Shown: positions 28,177 through 36,878, counted from the stretch's first letter. The stretch: DNA of 47,354 bases from a virus (IMGVR_UViG_3300009472_000001:1-47354), one strand, 5' to 3'. Made by a program: numbers and translations. Notes: generated by a model from the sequence alone, not told the origin.

Positions 28177-28978
28177 GGTAAGCCCTCCCCTGCATCCCAA
28201 ACGACATCAAAGCGCGCGGGCCTGAGTTGGTGGGCTGCACAATACTGCCAGCGCCACGCCAGACAGAATGCAGGTCACCATACTTGCCCGGACGCCATGC
28301 CCAAAACGCACCTTCACCACGGTTCCAGCGCCGCTGAAACGCAAGCCATGTGGCGCTCCGAATAAACGCATCCGGAATGTGATCAAACTGCGCTGCAATA
28401 TTAGACCCGCGCTCAATATATGCCGTCGATACCAATTGCGCGCCTTCTGTGACGTTCGTATTCAGGTCAACAATGGTCGGCGTCAATATCGGCGTGTACC
28501 CTTGGTAAATCCGTTGCGGTATGATGATCTCGGACCCGATCCAGATAACGCCAATGGACTGATCCCCAGACGCACCCGCAATGGATACACGCCAATAATC
28601 AGCCGACACGGGATCGAACCGGAAACCCATGGCCGTGTCATCCGTTGGCGTTATCGTGCCTACATCAGTCCATGCCCCGCCGCTATTGGTGCTATATGCC
28701 ACGGTCACTGCGCTTGTAACGTTATGCGCTGCAATGCCGATAAATGACACCACCTGAGCGGCGTCAAACACATATTGCCATGTTGCGGCACCCGTTGCAG
28801 GCGTCACTACCCAAGGATCATAGGTGCTACCTGATACGGCATTGACTGCGGCGAGAACCTGAGTGCCTACCGTGGTCGATGCCGTGCCAGTATCAATCGC
28901 ACCCGTCACAAATGGGTTGTTGACCGTGCCAGCCGATACAAGCGCAGATGCCCGCGAAATGGTTGTTGTTATTGTCAT
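28169..28978 (-). CDS. Distal tail-like structural protein
   Basis: Directly after tape measure; IGIAAHN, YWRV, FWAWRP. Confidence 0.7.
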   Translation of the reverse strand: MTITTTISRASALVSAGTVNNPFVTGAIDTGTASTTVGTQVLAAVNAVSGSTYDPWVVTPATGAATWQYVFDAAQVVSFIGIAAHNVTSAVTVAYSTNSGGAWTDVGTITPTDDTAMGFRFDPVSADYWRVSIAGASGDQSIGVIWIGSEIIIPQRIYQGYTPILTPTIVDLNTNVTEGAQLVSTAYIERGSNIAAQFDHIPDAFIRSATWLAFQRRWNRGEGAFWAWRPGKYGDLHSVWRGAGSIVQPTNSGPRALMSFGMQGRAYHV

Positions 28979-30768
28979 CGTGCCACCGTTATTCTAAGCC
29001 CTCTATCGCCCGCCTCATCCTGCAACCGTTCTAGCAGACGCCCCACATCCATGCCATCCATCAACTGCCCGCTAGACAGTCCAGACACGCGCACGTCTAG
29101 GGGTTGTTGCGATGCGCCTTGTGGGGTTGATGCTGCACCTGCGCCACCACCACTGCCCCCACCGCCGCTAGATGATGCAGACTTGAGGGCAGAAATGCGA
29201 GCGGCACTATTGGCAACTGACAACGCAGTATAAGCCGCCGCCAATGGTGGACCGCCCGCCTGCATACCCTTTTCCCATGCAGCTTGCGCCGAACTGATGC
29301 CGCTCACAACGGCCTCGGCAATCGCAAACGCCTTGCCGATCTGGAACAGCTTCTCATTGCCGGACTGCATCAACTGCGCACCCTCGCCAAAGAAGTCTTT
29401 CATGATAGCAAGGTTGCCGTTCAAGCCTTCGTCCTTGATGCCTTTTAGCTTGCTCTGGTATTCCTTTTCCAGTCGCAGCTTAGCCTCATTATGCCCGCCA
29501 AGCGCCGCCAATTCAGCCTCGTTAGCCATTGCCAGCAAGTCCATACCTTCTGCGCGCCATTCGTCAACGGTTTCGCGCTCTGTCTTGAGGCTATCGACTA
29601 GGCTCTCAATCCGCGCTTGGTTTGGGTCTGTAGCTGAACCAGCACCGCCACCAGCACTACCTTTATTCAGGCTTGCATTGATTAGGTCTTGCGCAGACTT
29701 CCCGAGATTTCCAGTTCCTGCGCCACCATCGCGGCCAAACGGATCGCCAAACTTTCTAGGATCGCCACCCCGCCCGCTATATTCCATGGATGATTGCAGG
29801 TTTTGCAAAGACATGGCCGCATTTAGTGCGATGCCAAGATTGCCAGCAAGACGAGCAGCCTCTTGCGTTGCACTGAATATGGGGCTTGTAATATCAACGC
29901 CAGCAAGCACAAGAGCCTTTACACCAGCATAACCTAACTGAGCAACAAGGCGTTCTGCTTCTTTTGATACATTTTGACTAACCGCCCAAATTTCACGTTC
30001 TGCATCAGCAAGAGCGCGGGCAGACGATTGCAATCTAGCTTTTTCGCTTTGCTGGCTTTGGATGGTGGAAAGCTGATCTTTTAGAACCGACAACTCGGCA
30101 ACGGCTTCTTTGAGGTTCTGCGATGCCGCGCGCTTGTTTTGCCCCCTCGCAGTTAAAAGGCGTTCTTCTGCGTCTGCAACCTCTTTTGTTTTTGTGGCAA
30201 TCGCGTCCATAATCGCCAATTCGTCAGACGTTACGCCAAGACGCATTTGACGCAATTCAAGATTTAGGTTTGCACTGCTTTCCCTTGCCGCATCAAGACG
30301 CTTTGCAAATTCATCGGCTTCTTCACCAGCAGATAGCGCGCCAACTGCCCACTGCACCAACGCAGCACCGCCAGCAACGACACCGATGGTCATTAGCGAC
30401 ATAGGGCTTGCCATCGCAGCCAAGCCCCCCACAATGCCCTTAAACGCGCTTTGCCCGCTGTTCTTCATTTGCTGGAATACGCCGGATACCTGCGTACCTT
30501 GCTGCATGGCGAGCATTAACGGGCTTTGGCCAGCCGCAAGCATCATTCCGATATCTTGAAACTGGAACATGAGGTTAGTGGTGTGGGCAGATGACGCTTT
30601 CATGCTGCGACCCAAGCTATCAACTTGCGCCTTGGCTGTCTTTAACGGGGCGGTAACCCCAGATGCCTTTGCGGACGTTTCAGAAAGCCCATCGTTGAAC
30701 CTGTCAAGATTGACAGTAGCCTGTGCGGTGTCGGCGGTTACCTGAACCTCAATCTTTGGTAGCGCCAT
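28975..30768 (-). CDS. Tail tape measure protein
   Basis: QFQDIGMMLAAGQSPLMLAMQQGTQV lambda-type TMP motif; Ala-rich helical. Confidence 0.92.
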   Translation of the reverse strand: MALPKIEVQVTADTAQATVNLDRFNDGLSETSAKASGVTAPLKTAKAQVDSLGRSMKASSAHTTNLMFQFQDIGMMLAAGQSPLMLAMQQGTQVSGVFQQMKNSGQSAFKGIVGGLAAMASPMSLMTIGVVAGGAALVQWAVGALSAGEEADEFAKRLDAARESSANLNLELRQMRLGVTSDELAIMDAIATKTKEVADAEERLLTARGQNKRAASQNLKEAVAELSVLKDQLSTIQSQQSEKARLQSSARALADAEREIWAVSQNVSKEAERLVAQLGYAGVKALVLAGVDITSPIFSATQEAARLAGNLGIALNAAMSLQNLQSSMEYSGRGGDPRKFGDPFGRDGGAGTGNLGKSAQDLINASLNKGSAGGGAGSATDPNQARIESLVDSLKTERETVDEWRAEGMDLLAMANEAELAALGGHNEAKLRLEKEYQSKLKGIKDEGLNGNLAIMKDFFGEGAQLMQSGNEKLFQIGKAFAIAEAVVSGISSAQAAWEKGMQAGGPPLAAAYTALSVANSAARISALKSASSSGGGGSGGGAGAASTPQGASQQPLDVRVSGLSSGQLMDGMDVGRLLERLQDEAGDRGLRITVAR

Positions 30769-31338
30769 TCCGTTCCGCCTTCACTTTATCTGCCCATGCC
30801 TCAATCTCGTCCATGCGGCTTTCGGTTATATTAGTGCCACCAACTTTAGGTTCGCCAACATTGAACCGATATTCAACAAACCATTCCGCCATAGTCATGG
30901 CCCAAAACTCAGAAGGCTGTATCCCCCATTGTCGGGCCATGATGTAGAAGCTATCCCAGTCTATCAACTGATCAGGACCAACGCCATAAGTCGGCGCTAC
31001 TTGTCGGCGGCGCTGGCCTCTGCCTTTTTTGGCGCTTTATCCTCTGGACTTAGCGCATTCATAATCTTGCGATATAGCGCCAAAACATCGGACGGGTCAG
31101 ACGATTTAATGTCCTGATAGATATCATCCTCAGTCACGCCATCCGCACCCGCTTGGACCATCGTGATAGCGATGATAGTTGACATCAGCGCCGCTTGGGG
31201 CTTGCCTGCGCTTACCTGCCATTCGACGTGCATAAGGCTAATGCCCTGCAATTCGATGGCCTTTAGAAGTGACATCGAAGGGATCAGCTTATATTTTTTG
31301 CCGTTCCATTCGATCTCTGTTTCACGAAATACACTCAT
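30749..31338 (-). CDS. Tail assembly chaperone, -1 frameshift (G-T type) product
   Basis: A AAA AAG at 31030-31024; the -1 frame is open into IDWDSFY...WGIQPSEFWAMT. Confidence 0.75.
30997..31338 (-). CDS. Tail assembly chaperone
   Basis: Between tail tube and TMP; GGAGG RBS. Confidence 0.8.
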   Translation of the reverse strand: MSVFRETEIEWNGKKYKLIPSMSLLKAIELQGISLMHVEWQVSAGKPQAALMSTIIAITMVQAGADGVTEDDIYQDIKSSDPSDVLALYRKIMNALSPEDKAPKKAEASAADK

Positions 31339-31359
31339 ATTTGCCTCCTAAATGAGTTA

Positions 31360-31764
31360 TTATGCTGGGGTAAACGTCACGCCACCAGACGACATGATAG
31401 TTGTGCTTGCCGTGATGGCGTTCGCTCCGGTTTCGCCCGTGATCTCGAAGTTTCCCAAAAACCATGTTCCAGAAAGCGTACCCAGATCGCCTATAGTGAT
31501 GTCAAAATCATAAAGCTCAGTAGGGGCGCTATCAAACGCCAGTGCCGCCAACACGGTATCCTCCAAGATCAATTCCGCAGAAACATCAATCGAAAATGTA
31601 CCAACGACAGGCAGAAGCTTTCGGACGCCAGCATCGCTCTTCGTGGTGATGTCGATGCTCTCACGGTTGACGGTAATCGAGCCAGTAGTTTGGCCCAAGA
31701 TATCCACAGCACCAGTGCCGGGATCGTATGCAATCAATAACGCGCGGCCTGCTGCTGCTGCCAT
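31360..31764 (-). CDS. Major tail tube protein
   Basis: MAAAAGRALL, NRESIDITTK, MSSGGVTFTPA; position. Confidence 0.85.
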   Translation of the reverse strand: MAAAAGRALLIAYDPGTGAVDILGQTTGSITVNRESIDITTKSDAGVRKLLPVVGTFSIDVSAELILEDTVLAALAFDSAPTELYDFDITIGDLGTLSGTWFLGNFEITGETGANAITASTTIMSSGGVTFTPA

Positions 31765-31813
31765 GGTGTATCACCTCTGATAAAGTTTCTTTGCCTGACT
31801 ATAACAAAAACGC

Positions 31814-31842
31814 TTGCACCGCGCAAAAAGACGTGCTACCAA
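31814..31842 (+). promoter_or_regulatory. Putative promoter of the peptide/ncRNA island
   Basis: TTGCAC-N17-TACCAA followed by AAAAGGAGATATGATATG. Confidence 0.5.
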
Positions 31843-31874
31843 GTACATGCCAACATGAAAAAAGGAGATATGAT

Positions 31875-31949
31875 ATGGCTGTTGCGTTTTTCTTTATGAT
31901 CGTTATTTTCGGTGAAGCTGCTAAAAGTGGTGCTTTGCCGGGAATGTAA
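31875..31949 (+). CDS. 24-aa hydrophobic peptide
   Basis: MAVAFFFMIVIFGEAAKSGALPGM with strong AAGGAG RBS. Confidence 0.5.
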   Translation: MAVAFFFMIVIFGEAAKSGALPGM

Positions 31950-31955
31950 CTAATA

Positions 31956-32138
31956 TGGGCGGGCTGTAATGGTCCGTCTATCGAGCGCGGCTGATTACTT
32001 GGGAGAGAACTAGGCCGTGTCAGTAGCAATAATGCTGGCCTAGACGCGCTCAAATTACCGCAGTTGATGTGGTGTGACTACAACAGATGAATGAGTTTGC
32101 TTGTGCATTTCAAAGTAATCTGACGAAGGTGTCACACC
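31956..32138 (+). ncRNA. Array of stem-loop elements upstream of the tRNA-like RNA
   Basis: Closing stems GAGCGCG/CGCGCTC (31983/32045) with inner CTAGGCC/GGCCTAG, and GGTGTGAC/GTCACACC (32071/32131) with inner CAGAT/ATCTG. Confidence 0.45.
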
Positions 32139-32147
32139 TCATGAGTT

Positions 32148-32253
32148 GCGGCGAGTGGTGAAAATGGTTTCAACGCCTGCACTTTGACAGCTTGCGTTTT
32201 GCATGGGTCAGATAAAGTCGCAGGAAAAGCGGGTTCGATCCCCGCCCGCCGCA
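32148..32253 (+). tRNA. tRNA-like RNA with extended anticodon arm (TTG/Gln register plus about 30-nt insert)
   Basis: Acceptor GCGGCG/CGCCGC, TGGTG..TGG D arm, CCTGC/GCAGG stem, GCGGG-TTCGATC-CCCGC T arm; no encoded CCA. Confidence 0.7.
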
Positions 32254-32417
32254 ACTCAGCCAATCCCCCACATATCATCCGGCATCGAACCCGCGTACAT
32301 CGTGACGGCATCTTGCATCACGTCGTCTATGATATCGTTTATTTCCATTGCGCGGCCTCATGTGTGGTTGACATGGTTATGATAGCGTGTAATGTGGGGT
32401 GTAGGAAATTATGGAGA

Positions 32418-32624
32418 ATGATGATGTTCGCAGAGGGAAAGCGCGGCCAAATTCAAATGGCCTACGTGAGAATTTGCAAAGATAGCGGTTTTAAAATGGA
32501 CGCCATTGACGCCGCAAACCTAACGGCTAGAATTATGGGGTGTCACGGTATAGAAGTAATGGGCGCATTAGGATTTAAAAACATGAAAAACATAGCCTCT
32601 GGCGCACACCCATCAGCGCGTTAA
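32418..32624 (+). CDS. Hypothetical protein
   Basis: TTGACA at 32368, GGAGA RBS, MMMFAEGKRGQIQ... Confidence 0.6.
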   Translation: MMMFAEGKRGQIQMAYVRICKDSGFKMDAIDAANLTARIMGCHGIEVMGALGFKNMKNIASGAHPSAR

Positions 32625-33010
32625 TGATCCACAACCCCACATCTCACCACCATCTCGAACATAGCGCGGCCATTGTCTAAATACATCGGCCCCGCATATG
32701 TGCCAATCGGAACCATGTTAAACACGCCCGTATCTGCATAATCACCCCTGAGATACCGCAGCACCGCAAGCATGGCATTATCAGCCGCAACCACGGCGTC
32801 AGGATCGGCCAGCAGGTACAGCGACACGTCAGGCCATTGGACAACGCTATCCGCACCGCCATTGGTGCCAGACATTTTGAACAGCGCAACACTACCCTTG
32901 CCATTCAAATCATCGTCGGACCATCGGTAATATTTAACGGCATATCCAGACAGCAATCCGCCATCGTCTATAATGTGGTTCTTAACGCGGTTTAGGAGTG
33001 TGATGCTCAT
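32621..33010 (-). CDS. Tail terminator/completion protein
   Basis: Position before tail tube gene; GP....GR motif near C-terminus. Confidence 0.7.
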   Translation of the reverse strand: MSITLLNRVKNHIIDDGGLLSGYAVKYYRWSDDDLNGKGSVALFKMSGTNGGADSVVQWPDVSLYLLADPDAVVAADNAMLAVLRYLRGDYADTGVFNMVPIGTYAGPMYLDNGRAMFEMVVRCGVVDH

Positions 33011-33405
33011 GGTGTATATGCCTGAATTATGCGTGAAAGATCGTCTTGGATGAAGTCTTGAACGCCTTTTTCTAGGAACCGATTAGACGCGCCGGGTTTC
33101 TGCCATCGTTTCTGCGGCCCCTCATGAACGTATATCGCATAATCAGCGACGGACGTGCCGCTACTCGGATTAGTGCCAGATCGCCCCCACCCTATCTGAC
33201 CTTGCGGACCTGATGGCGTCATTTCGGTGCGTCGGTATTCGGAATTGATCAACGTACTGGTATCAACCGGAACATACGGCATGGTATTGGCGGCAATCGA
33301 ATGCAACATAACCGCAAGCATTTCCTCGCTCTCAATATTCACGTCTTTGATTGCCGCGTTGATTGCGTCTTGTGCGGCCTTTATGCCAGTTGCTTTGACT
33401 TTCAC
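33007..33405 (-). CDS. Neck/tail completion protein (HK97 gp10-like)
   Basis: VPVDTSTLINS, YAIYVHE, FLEKG. Confidence 0.8.
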   Translation of the reverse strand: MKVKATGIKAAQDAINAAIKDVNIESEEMLAVMLHSIAANTMPYVPVDTSTLINSEYRRTEMTPSGPQGQIGWGRSGTNPSSGTSVADYAIYVHEGPQKRWQKPGASNRFLEKGVQDFIQDDLSRIIQAYTP

Positions 33406-33740
33406 CCCGTCACCAACGCCACATCACCCGCGCCCCATGATTGCGTATTGGCATTCCAACCCATAACCTTGCGGATGACCTCTGCATTGCTAGGCGGCGT
33501 ACCTGTAACGGTGCCAATGACCATGCGCCAACCAACCGCGACAGACGTGCCTTGCTCAATCCATACCGTTGACCCCGGCACGAACTCTTGTCCCGTGTTA
33601 TCGCGCGTCAACTTGCCACCAGTCATCCAGCTACATGCCACGGTAACTGCCGTGCCGTATTGGGGTTGGTTGTATTCGTCACGCGTAACAGGCCATAGCG
33701 TCACGGTGTCGGTAAAATCCCATCGGCTTGCGGTTGTCAT
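33402..33740 (-). CDS. Head closure (stopper) protein
   Basis: TLW...DEYNQPQY, GQEFV; position. Confidence 0.7.
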   Translation of the reverse strand: MTTASRWDFTDTVTLWPVTRDEYNQPQYGTAVTVACSWMTGGKLTRDNTGQEFVPGSTVWIEQGTSVAVGWRMVIGTVTGTPPSNAEVIRKVMGWNANTQSWGAGDVALVTG

Positions 33741-34111
33741 AACCCATACCGCCCCGATGCCCGCAACTGAACATAGCCACCGTTCGACACAAGCCCACCC
33801 ACGCACCCATATTGGTCCAATGATCGCAGCGTGTTTAGGTATCCAGTCGAACCGGACTTGCGTTGTGAATACGATCTGGACGCGCCACTAACGGCGCGTT
33901 CTTGCGTAATATCACCCCCATCCGTTGCATCGCTTGCCATATGACGCACTGCTAGAATTTTAAGCTGCATCCCGATAACATCCGCAACACTATTGGCCGT
34001 CAAACATGCGTCGGCTTGGACGGTGATCGCAATATATGCGGTCAAATCAGCATCAGATGCGCCCGTACTAAACCCGTCGCGCACTTGTGTTGTTGTGATG
34101 ATGTATGGCAT
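33737..34111 (-). CDS. Head-tail adaptor protein
   Basis: SGASRSY, LRSLDQYGC; position. Confidence 0.75.
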   Translation of the reverse strand: MPYIITTTQVRDGFSTGASDADLTAYIAITVQADACLTANSVADVIGMQLKILAVRHMASDATDGGDITQERAVSGASRSYSQRKSGSTGYLNTLRSLDQYGCVGGLVSNGGYVQLRASGRYGL

Positions 34112-34114
34112 GGC

Positions 34115-35302
34115 TTACCTTTCGCTGACGGAAACAATTCCGCCCGTCTGCATGGTTACGTCTGAGCCGTCAGACTTATTCTCGACCCAAATCTCTATGC
34201 GGTCGTCGGTGTCCATAGACGCAAAGCCGTGAACAGAGATAGACGCAAACGCGCCAAAAAGCGACAGTGTAACTGGACCGCTTTCCCCAAGGTCGATGTA
34301 AGCCGACGCGCTATCATCCCACTGGCGAATGATCGTATTAACCTCGTCACCAGTATCGCCAGACAGAGGAACCGTGACGTTGACCTGAACCCTGACGTTG
34401 CCCGACCCGTCATAAACAAACGCATTGTCTGTTGTGTTACTAAACCACTGCATGTCTGCGTATGTGGTGCCGCCAGCAAGTTTGGCGGGCGTATTTGCTG
34501 CTACGATGGTAGTCGTTGTCGATGACGTACACCGCCACTGACCGCCGATATACGTGTTATCAACGCCCTTGCAGCTTCTAAATCTAGCCTTAACGCTGCC
34601 CGAAGAAATGTTCGGGAATGCATCATCCGCAGCGGTTCGGAACCCTTCGATAAGCAGCCCCTCATCTGAAAGGATGTTGGCCTCCGCGAAATCACAGAAC
34701 ACGCCATTAGATGCCAACCCCAAGGCGTTTACGTCAGACCGGAAAGAACCACCAATAGTCAAGCCCGCGCCCGCCTTGAACACCGTGCCGGAAAAGCCGC
34801 CAATGACAATGCTCGTAAGGGACGCAAAGCCGCCGGACCAAACGCCGGACATTGTCAGCCCGTCATCGCAGAAAATAATGCCCACGCCAGACCACAAGCC
34901 TTGCCGATACGCGTTCAATTCCCCAAGCGATGCGCACCCAACAAAGTTCACGTCGTTGCACTCGACGGCCCCGCTGTTTTCGTCGTTATCCAGATCAAAT
35001 ACAGATGGAGACGTGATCGAGATTGTGCCTATTTGAAGGTTGCCAGCATAACTCGCGCCAGATGCGTTGATAAACATAGGCCCGCCGGAATTCGTAAGGC
35101 CAGACACATCAAAGCCAAGGCCAGCCATTTGCAAGCCGCCTTCTGGCACTTCAATCTGATCAGCGCCCAAATCTATCTGTCCATCCACTACGTAAAGGAC
35201 ATCACTCCGTAGAGGTGGAGTTAGATCGCTAGCCGACGAAACTATACGCTGAAACTGCGGGACGGATACGCTAGGCGCGGATGGTATGGGCGGATAAGGC
35301 AT
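34115..35302 (-). CDS. Putative virion accessory protein (head fibre/whisker-like)
   Basis: About 395 aa, beta-rich; sits between capsid and adaptor genes. Confidence 0.6.
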   Translation of the reverse strand: MPYPPIPSAPSVSVPQFQRIVSSASDLTPPLRSDVLYVVDGQIDLGADQIEVPEGGLQMAGLGFDVSGLTNSGGPMFINASGASYAGNLQIGTISITSPSVFDLDNDENSGAVECNDVNFVGCASLGELNAYRQGLWSGVGIIFCDDGLTMSGVWSGGFASLTSIVIGGFSGTVFKAGAGLTIGGSFRSDVNALGLASNGVFCDFAEANILSDEGLLIEGFRTAADDAFPNISSGSVKARFRSCKGVDNTYIGGQWRCTSSTTTTIVAANTPAKLAGGTTYADMQWFSNTTDNAFVYDGSGNVRVQVNVTVPLSGDTGDEVNTIIRQWDDSASAYIDLGESGPVTLSLFGAFASISVHGFASMDTDDRIEIWVENKSDGSDVTMQTGGIVSVSER

Positions 35303-35667
35303 TAGTCGTCGCTCCAAATACACGCACGCACATACGATGCCCCAGCGATATCTCCCTTGGTCATTTTCGCGTAAAATACACCGCCATTGAACACGGGCGG
35401 CGTGTAAGCGGCATCACCCGGCGTAACATCTGCTGCGATGATCGTGCCGCCACTAGACGCCTCAAGATACTGCCCCGGCACAATCCCGCCCCTGAAGGTC
35501 AGTGTGCCATCTGTAGGCGTCGCAAGGGTTTCGCCGTCCGCGCCATAAAAAGATACATACACCTGATGAACGCTTGCTGATGTAGATACACCCTCAAGCG
35601 TTACAGCCCCATCCGCAATCGGGATGTTTAGGCCGTTATCCGTGTGGCGGAAATATTCAATCGGCAT
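35302..35667 (-). CDS. Putative virion accessory protein
   Basis: 121-aa beta-rich ORF with GGAGG RBS in the head operon. Confidence 0.6.
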   Translation of the reverse strand: MPIEYFRHTDNGLNIPIADGAVTLEGVSTSASVHQVYVSFYGADGETLATPTDGTLTFRGGIVPGQYLEASSGGTIIAADVTPGDAAYTPPVFNGGVFYAKMTKGDIAGASYVRACIWSDD

Positions 35668-35944
35668 TCGCCAGCGCCTCCAGTTCGTCGCGTAGCTTTG
35701 ATGCCTTCCAGCGTCCATCGGGTTCTTTTTCTGCCAGTTCACGGTAATCAGCGCGCAATTCTTCAAGTTCATCATCAACAGGCGCGGGGTTGACTACCAT
35801 CTGTTTTTGTTCGATTGCAACAGGTGCGGAGAACCGCGCCCATGATGCAGGCGGCGCTGACTTGGTGACAAGCACGGTGCCGGGCTGCAATACGGTATGG
35901 TCAAACAAGGTAATCGGTTGGGTGAGTTCGGTTGAATGGGTCAT
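35657..35944 (-). CDS. Hypothetical head-operon protein with helical C-terminal domain
   Basis: LRADYRELAEKEPDGRWKASKLRDEL motif often seen after major capsid genes. Confidence 0.7.
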   Translation of the reverse strand: MTHSTELTQPITLFDHTVLQPGTVLVTKSAPPASWARFSAPVAIEQKQMVVNPAPVDDELEELRADYRELAEKEPDGRWKASKLRDELEALANAD

Positions 35945-36162
35945 GGTTGCTCCTTTTTCGTCGCGGCCTTTACGCCAAACATAGCGGCGGTTTCAATTTG
36001 GGTAATCGCTAAAGACTTTAGTCGACCACGCTCACCAACCCCGTCAATCCCGATACTATTGATGAGATCAATCAAATCTGCGGCTTTGCGCTTGATTTGC
36101 CCAACATCGTCGTCGCCGCTTGGGTTAAAGTCAATTCCTACTAGATATTCGCCGTGTGTCAT
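35941..36162 (-). CDS. Acb2/Tad1-like helical hairpin protein (candidate immune-signal sponge)
   Basis: FNPS...IKRKAADLID...RLKSLAITQIETAAMFGVKAAT. Confidence 0.6.
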   Translation of the reverse strand: MTHGEYLVGIDFNPSGDDDVGQIKRKAADLIDLINSIGIDGVGERGRLKSLAITQIETAAMFGVKAATKKEQP

Positions 36163-36265
36163 GGTTGCTCCTATAGTTTGACGTGATGTTAGCATAAATG
36201 GACTTGACTGGCAATTTATGGGGTGATATGGGTTATGGGTAAGGAAAACATAAAGGAGATACAGA

Positions 36266-36475
36266 ATGAAAGATGTTGCACTATTTATTGGCGCTTTGGC
36301 GGTTGTCTTTGTTCCGGTTTATGCATGGGTAACTCATATCATTTGGGTAATCAGCGCGCTGGCATCGGATGCAGGCGCTACAGGCGGTCAGATCACGCTG
36401 GGCATCATCGGTGCGTTTATGCCGCCTGTTGGCGTTATTCACGGCGCTATGATCTGGTTTGGCGTTGGGCTTTAA
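36266..36475 (+). CDS. Small membrane protein
   Basis: 69 aa hydrophobic; TTGACT-N17-TATGGG at 36204 and AAGGAG RBS. Confidence 0.75.
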   Translation: MKDVALFIGALAVVFVPVYAWVTHIIWVISALASDAGATGGQITLGIIGAFMPPVGVIHGAMIWFGVGL

Positions 36476-36627
36476 TTAAGAACACCCCACCACGCCCTTT
36501 TCGGTGCCTATCACGGGGTGCTAGATACTGCCCGCGCTCAGTGTGGATTGGGGTTCATCTAAAACAGCAAGCGCGGGAAACGGGGCGGGAACTGCCAGAG
36601 TGCCATAACGTAACAAGGGAGAGATAC

Positions 36628-36828
36628 GTGAATGACCTAATTGAAGCACTCAAAATAATGATGAAGCGTGGCGACGTGAAAAACCCAACGCATTGCGTAC
36701 ACGATGAATTGCACGTTTACCCTGCGAATTTCGACTTTACCGATGATGAACTGCAAAGGCTAAATAATCTTGGCTTTCTCCCTAACGATATGGGCGGATT
36801 TATGTCTTTCCGCTTTGGTTCGTGCTGA
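36628..36828 (+). CDS. Conserved small phage protein
   Basis: DLIEALKI...PTHCVHDEL...LGF...FMSFRFGSC; GTG start after GGGAG. Confidence 0.7.
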   Translation: MNDLIEALKIMMKRGDVKNPTHCVHDELHVYPANFDFTDDELQRLNNLGFLPNDMGGFMSFRFGSC

Positions 36829-36831
36829 AAT

Positions 36832-36857
36832 AAAAAAGGGGGCCGCAAAGCCCCCTT
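36832..36857 (-). terminator. Rho-independent terminator after major capsid gene
   Basis: AAGGGGGC/GCCCCCTT stem followed by T run on minus strand. Confidence 0.8.
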
Positions 36858-36878
36858 CTATAATTATGGCGCTACAGG

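Noticed and set aside
32148-32253. attP-type tRNA fragment or suppressor tRNA
   Set aside because: No integrase recognised, both tRNA halves are present, and no stop-reading anticodon is in register
36223-36828. 201-aa plus-strand ORF as one gene
   Set aside because: Its 5' part overlaps a better-supported 69-aa gene and a structured spacer; only the last 66 codons have an RBS and look like a protein
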